In this document: one piece after another, positions 56,893 through 64,000 of the stretch
Numbering within the stretch: the first letter of the stretch is position 1
Layout of the letters: every line of letters starts with the position of its first letter
Source of the DNA: Candidatus Multivoradales bacterium
Lineage (GTDB): Bacteria; Acidobacteriota; Thermoanaerobaculia; Multivoradales; JAHEKO01
Direction: 5' to 3'
Length of the DNA: 64,000 bases
Assembly: GCA_965248055.1 (NCBI GenBank)
Contig: CBDFIJ010000004.1
Coordinates: 640,001 to 704,000, forward strand
Translations under genes and position numbers: made by a program
Notes under the pieces: model-generated
The model's database searches: none
Told to the model about the DNA's origin: nothing
Seen by the model: only the letters and a program-made list of their open reading frames with translations

Positions 56893-58401
56893 TTACTCCA
56901 AGGATGCGGTGAGGTCTGTCAGATTGTGCAAGACAGTCTTCGCGATCTCTAGATCAGGGGACATCTGCCGATCCCGGTCCCAGCGGGGCACCTGCTCGCG
57001 CACGCGGGCGTAGCTCGCTTCGAGGGGCGGCGTCGACCGCAAGGGCCGCAGAAATTCAAATCCTTGGGCCGCAGCTAACAATTCAATCGCCACAATCTGT
57101 TCAACATTCTCCAACACCGTCAGGCACTTCAGGGCGGCGTGCATGCCCATGGAAACGTGGTCTTCCATGTCCGCCGAAGTGGGGATCGAATCGACACTGG
57201 CTGGATGAGCCAGCACCTTGTTTTCGCTCGCCAATGCGGCGCTGGTGACGTGGGCAATCATGAAGCCCGAGTCGACACCGGCGTTCTCGACCAAAAATGG
57301 AGGCAACATCGAGAAAGTCGCATTGGTCAGTTTTTCGATGCGCCGCTCAGAGATCGCACCCAACTCAGCGATTGCAATGGTCAGGCAGTCGGCAGCGATC
57401 GCCATCGGTTCCCCGTGAAAGTTGCCCCCGGACAATACTTGTTGGTCTTCAGCAAACACCAATGGATTGTCGGTGACCGAATTAAATTCTCGCTCGAGTT
57501 TGGCAATGGTATCGGTCAAGACATCACGCACGGCACCGTGTACCTGCGGCGCACAACGGATGCAGTAAGGATCCTGTACCCGGTCATCGTCTTCCAGATG
57601 CGACTGGCGAATTTCCGAGCCTTGGAGCAAGGAAAACAAATTCTTGGCCGACGCCACCTGACCCGGATGGGGACGTAAACGGTGAATTCGAGGATCAAAC
57701 GCGGTGTCGGTACCACGCACCGCCTCGGTGGTCATGGCAGCGACCAAATCCACCGCCTTGACCAATGCCGCGGCACGCAAACAGGCGTTGCCAAGAATTG
57801 AAGTCATTGCCTGGGTGCCGTTGATCAGCGCCAGACCCTCTTTGGGCTGCAAGGTCAGTGGCTTCAGGCCGCACTCCTGCAATGCTTGGGCAGCCTCGGC
57901 CGGTTCACCACACAGGGTCACCTGCCCTTCCCCGATCAAAGGCAACGCCAAATGCGCCAACGGAGCCAGGTCACCGCTGGCACCCACCGAGCCTCGGCTG
58001 GGTACCACCGGCAGCAGATCTTGGTTGAGCAGATCGAGCAACCGCTGCAGCAGCTCCACCCGCACCCCAGAATGTCCGGCTGCCATGGTGTTGGCGCGCA
58101 ACAGCAACATCCCTCGCACCACTTCCGGCGGCAAGGGATCTCCGATTCCTGCCGCGTGCGAACGGATCAAGGAGCGCTGCAGCTCCAACAGGTCGTCCTC
58201 AGCAATCCGCACCTTGGCCAACTTGCCAAAACCGGTATTAACTCCGTAGATCACCTGGCCATCAGCCAACAGCTGCTCCAACACTTGCCGGGCCAATCCG
58301 ACTTGATTCCGCGCAGAAGACTTCAGCTCCACCGGCTCAGAGCCTGAGATAACCGCGCCGAATGTTTCTAAAGTAATACTGCTGCCGTCGATGGTAATCA
58401 C
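56893..58401 (-). CDS. hutH: Histidine ammonia-lyase
   Basis: YGVNTGFG, GSVGASGDLAPL (MIO-forming ASG), NGTQ, SGGNFHG. Confidence 0.97.
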   Translation of the reverse strand: MITIDGSSITLETFGAVISGSEPVELKSSARNQVGLARQVLEQLLADGQVIYGVNTGFGKLAKVRIAEDDLLELQRSLIRSHAAGIGDPLPPEVVRGMLLLRANTMAAGHSGVRVELLQRLLDLLNQDLLPVVPSRGSVGASGDLAPLAHLALPLIGEGQVTLCGEPAEAAQALQECGLKPLTLQPKEGLALINGTQAMTSILGNACLRAAALVKAVDLVAAMTTEAVRGTDTAFDPRIHRLRPHPGQVASAKNLFSLLQGSEIRQSHLEDDDRVQDPYCIRCAPQVHGAVRDVLTDTIAKLEREFNSVTDNPLVFAEDQQVLSGGNFHGEPMAIAADCLTIAIAELGAISERRIEKLTNATFSMLPPFLVENAGVDSGFMIAHVTSAALASENKVLAHPASVDSIPTSADMEDHVSMGMHAALKCLTVLENVEQIVAIELLAAAQGFEFLRPLRSTPPLEASYARVREQVPRWDRDRQMSPDLEIAKTVLHNLTDLTASLE

Positions 58402-58682
58402 CGCCGAATCCTACCGCGGGATTGGGGCTCGACAGGCGCTCAATCCGCTGGCTCTAGATTCGCACTGAAATAGAATGGGGGTACCGCGAGGAGATCACCG
58501 ACTACCTTGAGAAGGGCGTCAGCAAGCGCACTGCGATGTAGCTACGTAGCTTCGTAGCTACAGAAGACGAGGGGATCCCGCTCGGAATACTGCCTAGACT
58601 TGGAATAAAGAATTACACCGTTGTGGCTTGTGTCCCTATTTGCTCGGTTGGTCCCAAAAACGGCGGCGGGCGATTGTAGCCC

Positions 58683-58994
58683 TCAGCGTGAATGGAAGAA
58701 TCCGTCAAGCCACGTGCCACAGACTCCAGGACGGTCAACACACGTCGCGTGAGACTCAGCAGGAAAAGTGTTCCCGCACCTATCCCGCTTGCCGGTCTTT
58801 CTTACATCCCCCAGGGATTCAATACCAAGTTCCTGAAAATCCAATAGTTCGTTGAGCTCAATCCTGCCATCGCCACTAAGATCAGTCCATACAAAAAGCG
58901 AAGAGCCGCACTCAGTGAAATCGACTTCCTGGTTGCCTTCGGCATCTTGGCCACAGTAAGCGGCTAGAGCCTCGAAGCCATGCGCAAAAGGCAA
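58683..58994 (-). pseudogene. C-terminal fragment of an EF-hand-like calcium-binding secreted protein
   Basis: HGFEALAAY...LFVWTDLSGDGRIELNELLDFQELGIESL; no convincing start. Confidence 0.5.
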
Positions 58995-59448
58995 ATCCCC
59001 GTCTGGACCCTTGGTGACATTCCCGAAGAAATGACGCCAGGGCTCGGCACGGACGAAAGCCCGATGCGGTTACACGCATCTTTCATTACAACCGTTAACA
59101 CACTGTGTTCCCCACCAAATTGGAAAGGCAGCCGACACACCAGTATGAGCGACCGCGGCTCCGGCTTCGCAGGCTTTCAATAAGTCCGTCGCGCGCGAAA
59201 AGTTCGCGTTTGGGAAGGTCAGGATGGTCGCCCCAGTAACACAGAGAGCTGTCAGATCGCCCAGAAATTTCAAATCACAGGTCCTTTTCCAAGAGCTTCC
59301 GAGATAAGGGCCGCCGCAAGAGTTGCGTTTCCGTCAACAGCTGTCGTGGCGGTCACAGGCCCCTTGTAGCAAGCTATCCAGAGCATTCTCGACATTGGAC
59401 ATCGGCACAAGGCAAACGGCGAAAGCTCTCATCGATCAGCCCTCCAAC

Positions 59449-60081
59449 CTAATTTGGAATGCACTGTAGCCATCTAGTTACCTGATCGTCAAGACCCCGA
59501 AGTGGATTTTTCTTTCCCTTCCCGGTGGCCGAGCAAACCATCTCCAGGGTGCCCATTACCGCCAAATCGAGATCCGGTGGAAGACTAAGCAAACCATCCC
59601 AAAAAATCTCTACGTGCTCCCCTGGCGCGCCGAACGAGAGTGAAAGAAGTGGCCTGTCTGCTTCCCAGTTGTCGTCGCCCAAATATGGATCCTTCATTAT
59701 CTGAATAAACCGGCGTGACCTTTGACTGGTCCGATCGAGAAAAGGTTGCCAATAGCGCGAGACCCTAGCAAGCTCTTCTTCGTCAACCGTTAGGCACCGC
59801 TCGGGCCAGAGATCCAAGGCCGATACGGTCATGCCACCATTCGCGTCGATTCGTATTATCTTCCCGTTTTCGAACCACCCTCCTGGCCAAGGCATCGCTT
59901 GGTCCTTTCTCCTCAAAAGTCGCCCTTCCACCGGCGCCGAACATACGGTGATCGTTACGAAGTGTTTGTTCCTTCGCGTCGAAGCGCCTCTTTTCCGATC
60001 AAGACACGGTATAGATGTCATGCAGGAAGCTGCGAAGAACACAGCTACGAACAAGAAAACCAATCTCGCGTTGAAAAACAT
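59449..60081 (-). CDS. Hypothetical lipoprotein
   Basis: Lipobox-like FAASC after a hydrophobic leader. Confidence 0.5.
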   Translation of the reverse strand: MFFNARLVFLFVAVFFAASCMTSIPCLDRKRGASTRRNKHFVTITVCSAPVEGRLLRRKDQAMPWPGGWFENGKIIRIDANGGMTVSALDLWPERCLTVDEEELARVSRYWQPFLDRTSQRSRRFIQIMKDPYLGDDNWEADRPLLSLSFGAPGEHVEIFWDGLLSLPPDLDLAVMGTLEMVCSATGKGKKNPLRGLDDQVTRWLQCIPN

Positions 60082-60411
60082 TACTTATGCACCCTACCGA
60101 CCAACCAAGCGCCAAGCCAACTATTCAATTCTCCGGAAGAAAGTCATTGACTGCTTTATGACGAAGAAATACTTCCTATGGAACCCTGGATAGACGACCT
60201 CGGCAATCGTCAACAGTGGAATGCTCCAGGCGGTGGCTGGTGCTGGCTGTGGTGGGATGCTGAAGCCAATGTGTACCACGCACAGTGGGTCGAAGGCGGC
60301 GAAACCGCGTCCGGATCTACGAAAGGCGAAGCCCCCCAGGTGCTCGCTGGCGCCTACAACTGCCAGAAGAACCACCGCAGGAATTGGGGAAGCACTCACG
60401 TCTCTATCTTT

Positions 60412-61920
60412 GTGTTGGCACGAGCGCTAGGCGCAACTCCCTGGGGAATCGATGCACGGCCGGTTGAGGTCGAGGCGGATGTGCGCACCGGGGTTCCGGC
60501 GTTTCGCATTGTCGGGTTGCCAGACGCGGCAGTACGCGAGAGTCAGGAGCGGGTGGCGTCGGCGGTTCGAAACTCGGGCTTCGAGGTTCCGCCGCGAGTG
60601 TTCACCATCAATTTGGCCCCGGCGGATATCCGTAAAGAGGGGAATTACCTAGATCTACCGATTGCTTTGGCTCTGCTGTCGGCGCTGGGATACCTGAGTC
60701 CGCAATCACTCGCCAGTCGTCTCTTCTGTGGCGAGCTTGGCCTCGACGGAGGTTTGCGCGCGATTCGCGGCGGCTTGGCGGTGGCCGATTTGGCCGCGCG
60801 AACCGGGATTTCGGAGGTGGTGTTGCCGCTTGCCTCTGCCCCAGAAGCTGCTGCCTTACAAGCGGTTCCAGTTATTGCCGCGTCGGGCTTGGCGCAACTG
60901 GTCCAGCATTTGCGTGGAGTCAGCCTGATCGAACCGACCGCCGATGGAGATTTCTCCTCGGCGCTGCGCCCTTCGGAGGATCTAGCGCAGGTTCGGGGGC
61001 AGGCGACCGCCAAGAGAGCGCTGGAGATCGCCGCAGCGGGTGGCCACAATTTGTTGTTCACTGGGCCGCCGGGATGCGGCAAGACGCTCCTGGCTGGCTG
61101 TCTGCCGGGCATTCTGCCGCCCTTGACGCGTCTGGAGTCGCTGACCGTGACCAAAATTCATTCCATGGTGAGCGACGCTCCGCTCTCAGGATTGGTCACG
61201 CGACGACCGCTGCGATCGCCTCATTCTTCGATTTCTACCGCCGGACTGCTTGGCGGTGGGACCGTGCCCCGTCCTGGTGAAGTCTCCTTGGCTCATCACG
61301 GCGTACTGTTTTTGGATGAGTTGCCGGAGTTCAAACGGCAAGCCTTGGAGGGACTGAGGCAACCCCTGGAGGCTGGTCGGGTCACCATCTCCCGAGTTCA
61401 AGGCCGGTACACCTTCCCGGCACGAGTACAACTGTTGGCGGCGCGAAACCCTTGTCCCTGCGGCCATCTGGGACATCCGAGCCAGGAATGCACTTGCAGC
61501 CAATCGATGATCGAGCGCTACCGGTCGCGGATCTCCGGTCCGTTACTCGATCGGATCGATCTGCAGGTCGAAGTTGGCGCGGTGACGTGGAGCGAGGTGC
61601 GGGACACCACTGCGGAAAATTCCAAGTCGGTGGCAGCGCGGATCTCGGTGGCGCGGCAGCAGCAAAGGGACCGCAACGGAGAGCAGATCCTCAATCGCCA
61701 ACTCAACACGCGGCAGATAGAACGTTGGTGCGCGGTGGACGCCACGACCAGTGCTCTTCTCAACACCGCCTATGAACGTCTTAGCTTGTCGGTGCGGGCG
61801 CTGCACAAGGTGCAAAAGGTCGCTCGTACCATTGCCGACCTGGCCAAGGAGGCAGAGATCGGCACGGCACACATCGCCGAAGCTCTGCAGTATCGAGGGA
61901 GCTCCAAGGTCGTTCGCTAG
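60412..61920 (+). CDS. comM: ComM/YifB Mg-chelatase-like AAA ATPase
   Basis: IVGLPDAAVRES, NLAPAD, GELGLDG, GPPGCGKT, LFLDE, NPCPCG, SGPLLDRID. Confidence 0.95.
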   Translation: MLARALGATPWGIDARPVEVEADVRTGVPAFRIVGLPDAAVRESQERVASAVRNSGFEVPPRVFTINLAPADIRKEGNYLDLPIALALLSALGYLSPQSLASRLFCGELGLDGGLRAIRGGLAVADLAARTGISEVVLPLASAPEAAALQAVPVIAASGLAQLVQHLRGVSLIEPTADGDFSSALRPSEDLAQVRGQATAKRALEIAAAGGHNLLFTGPPGCGKTLLAGCLPGILPPLTRLESLTVTKIHSMVSDAPLSGLVTRRPLRSPHSSISTAGLLGGGTVPRPGEVSLAHHGVLFLDELPEFKRQALEGLRQPLEAGRVTISRVQGRYTFPARVQLLAARNPCPCGHLGHPSQECTCSQSMIERYRSRISGPLLDRIDLQVEVGAVTWSEVRDTTAENSKSVAARISVARQQQRDRNGEQILNRQLNTRQIERWCAVDATTSALLNTAYERLSLSVRALHKVQKVARTIADLAKEAEIGTAHIAEALQYRGSSKVVR

Positions 61921-61961
61921 CCTAGGCCGACAATTTCACCGTCTGCAGCGACATCCCGTTC

Positions 61962-63146
61962 CTAATCAGGAAACGGAGTCGGGTCGATGCCGGGGATCAC
62001 CGCCAAGGCGTTCTTGTAGTACAGCTTCTTCAGCACCTCGTCGGGAAGATCGAGTCCGTAGAGTCTCCAGAAAGCGTGGCGCCGCCGGTAGTACTTGATG
62101 TAGTCGTCGTCAGTCTCCAGAACTCGGAAGTAGGCGTAGTACTCCTCTACGTTCCAACTGTCTTTGCCGAACATCACCCGGTCCTGGTAGTCGACCAAGA
62201 ACTGCCGAGCAAAACGTGGTTGACGCCCGAGTTCGGCCAAGACCGCGCCAATCTCGGTATAGACGTTGGGCATTTCGTCCAGCAGCCGTGCCATCCGCCC
62301 CAAGTCATTGCCAAACCACCCCAAGTGGGCGTTGATGAACTTGGTGTCTGGGTGGCGTCGGAAGACATCGTGTTGTTGTTCGACTAACTGCTCAAAGCTG
62401 GGCTCAAAATCTGGTCCCCGGTAACGACCTGGGCGTTCGATCAGTTCATACAACCGTTCATTGTGGACATCTTTGGATTGCCAAAACGGGGCCGGATCGG
62501 CGACGTGGATCAGTACCGGAATCCCCAGTTCGCCGCACGCCGCCCATACCGGATCGAGTTTGGGATGATTGGCCGGAATCAGATTGCCTTCAGCGTCTTG
62601 ATTCATCATCCCCAAACTCTTGTAGATCTTGAGCCCCTGTGCTCCGGCGGCAACATCGCGCTCCAGATCGGCGACGGTCTTTTCTACCCAATCGGGTGCA
62701 TCCCAATTCGTGAAACTGATGTTGGTGAAGTTCACCACTCGACCTGGAGCCTGCTCGTGGACCCGGCGAATCGCATTCTCCAGGTACTCACTGCTATCAA
62801 TATCAAACGAGAACGTGCCGTCTTCGTTCTCAGTCCGCTGAAATCCCCGGCCACTCAGATTCACCATCACTTGCAGGTTGATCGAGTCCATACCGGCGAT
62901 TAACTCGGCGATATCTTGATCCGCGCCGAGCTGAAATTGGTGGTTGTGGACGTCGATAAACGGATACTTAGCCTGGCTGACAAGGGTCTCTGGAACCACC
63001 AGCGTCGAGGGTGGGTCGTAGGACATAAAGGAAGTCGAAGCCATCGGATCATCGAATTGTGGTTCTTCCTGCCCGTGGATCGGCCCAAATAGCGCCAACA
63101 TGCCGACGAGGCTGAGGATTACTGCGGTGTGCTTGGTTCGATTCAT
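61962..63146 (-). CDS. Secreted amidohydrolase family protein
   Basis: IDVHNH, GLKIYK, PVLIHVAD, AHLG, FGKD, YYKNA. Confidence 0.88.
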   Translation of the reverse strand: MNRTKHTAVILSLVGMLALFGPIHGQEEPQFDDPMASTSFMSYDPPSTLVVPETLVSQAKYPFIDVHNHQFQLGADQDIAELIAGMDSINLQVMVNLSGRGFQRTENEDGTFSFDIDSSEYLENAIRRVHEQAPGRVVNFTNISFTNWDAPDWVEKTVADLERDVAAGAQGLKIYKSLGMMNQDAEGNLIPANHPKLDPVWAACGELGIPVLIHVADPAPFWQSKDVHNERLYELIERPGRYRGPDFEPSFEQLVEQQHDVFRRHPDTKFINAHLGWFGNDLGRMARLLDEMPNVYTEIGAVLAELGRQPRFARQFLVDYQDRVMFGKDSWNVEEYYAYFRVLETDDDYIKYYRRRHAFWRLYGLDLPDEVLKKLYYKNALAVIPGIDPTPFPD

Positions 63147-63255
63147 GGTGTCCTTTCGATTACTGTTTCTTCTGTCGGTCGCTTCTCTAGCAAACAATCC
63201 AGGTGAAACTTCTGTTATCTCGGTTCCGTACCCCAATAGTGAGGAGCGTCAACGA

Positions 63256-63462
63256 ATGAAAATGCTAATTCTGTGGTTGATTCTTTTGGCGGTCTCAGCG
63301 CCCTTGGCTTTACTAGTCCTGGTGTTGTTTCCCTTTTTGTGGCTGCTTCTGTTGCCGTTTCGCTTGCTCGGTTACGCGGTAGAGGGCGTCTTAGGTTTTC
63401 TCCGAGGGATACTGACTTTACCGGCACGCCTGCTGGGCGCAACGAAAAGAGCAACCTGCTAA
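63256..63462 (+). CDS. Small membrane protein
   Basis: GAGGAG RBS; WLLLLPFRLLG...LPARLLG. Confidence 0.65.
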   Translation: MKMLILWLILLAVSAPLALLVLVLFPFLWLLLLPFRLLGYAVEGVLGFLRGILTLPARLLGATKRATC

Positions 63463-63512
63463 CAAACTTCCTTAGCCCCACTCTGCCTTTTTGCTAGCCT
63501 GCTCTTCTCCAA

Positions 63513-64000
63513 CTAATGGTCGTGGCCGGCAAATTGCGGTCGCAAGATAAATAAACCTTCGCCGATCGAGCTGACCAAAATATTGCCGCTGGGCAAGAAC
63601 GGATAGACGCTCCAAGCTCCTTCAAAGCCCGGTGCGTCGTTCGCCGGATAGGTGTCAAAAAAAGCGACTTCTTCCAGGTGCCCCTGGTCTATGTCGTGCA
63701 AAGACAGGACCCGAAGACCGCTGGTGTAGTTGGCCTCATAGACGTACTCGCCTTTGACATAAAGGTTGTGGTCAGTGGAGCTGGTGTGTGAGGTGTAGGA
63801 GCCAGTCAACCTGGGAGCGGCTAAGTTTGAGACGTCGAAAATCCTGGTGCGGGTTCCATGACCGCTTCTCAGTTCATCGAGTTCGTCGTTGACCAGTAGA
63901 TACTGGTGGTTTTCGGTCAACCAGGCTTGATGGGTATAGGCGCTTCCAGAGTACGCGGTGCGAGAAATCATCCGCGGTTGTGCTTTGTCACTGACATTGA
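63513..64000 (-). CDS. Choice-of-anchor B / LVIVD-repeat protein, partial (runs off the right edge)
   Basis: YTHQAWLTE...DELDE...DHNLYV...ANYTSGLR...FDTYP...GAWSVYPF. Confidence 0.85.
   Translation of the reverse strand, partial: NVSDKAQPRMISRTAYSGSAYTHQAWLTENHQYLLVNDELDELRSGHGTRTRIFDVSNLAAPRLTGSYTSHTSSTDHNLYVKGEYVYEANYTSGLRVLSLHDIDQGHLEEVAFFDTYPANDAPGFEGAWSVYPFLPSGNILVSSIGEGLFILRPQFAGHDH

Noticed and set aside
60178-60411. Trp-rich N-terminal extension of ComM
   Set aside because: ComM similarity begins at GTG 60412; the upstream open frame is probably incidental or a remnant.

Overview
GC-rich bacterial chromosome segment. The host looks Acidobacteriota-like (possibly Thermoanaerobaculia), but this is inferred from gene content only. 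Housekeeping blocks (yraN-cysS-def, thiE-like-acpS-lspA-rluD, ald, TIGR00266-glutaminyl cyclase-OPT-NtrY-like kinase-hutU-hutH, comM) alternate with accessory regions next to five tRNA genes (Leu-UAA x2, Cys-GCA, Gly-GCC, Gly-CCC). Three things stand out. (1) An atypical nitrous oxide reductase cluster at 6.7-16 kb: Crp/Fnr regulator, hemerythrin-like ORF, diheme cytochrome c fused to a CuA-like domain, a NosZ mixing clade I and clade II traits, NosB-like protein, His-rich CcdA fusion and nosDFY, with no nosL or nosR. (2) A tightly coupled four-gene candidate defence operon at the tRNA-Cys 3' end: C5 DNA methyltransferase, PRTase, ORC/CDC6-STAND-like ATPase and a tandem CARF-like protein, with no recognisable nuclease. 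(3) A dispersed palindromic repeat family (consensus ~AGGTGCCAGCCGAATATTCGGCTGGCACCT, about 13 full or partial copies). I found it only in two accessory regions (21.4-23.6 kb and 43.5-46.7 kb), where it flanks unrelated small genes and sits at gene-fragment breakpoints, including a 500-bp diverged duplicate of the TIGR00266 3' half. This suggests a cassette-capture or shuffling system. Also present: IS481, IS256 and IS5 remnants, REP-like clusters, recurrent leaderless promoters, and at least two single-base frameshifts that may be assembly errors. All family assignments come from motif recognition by eye; no searches were run.
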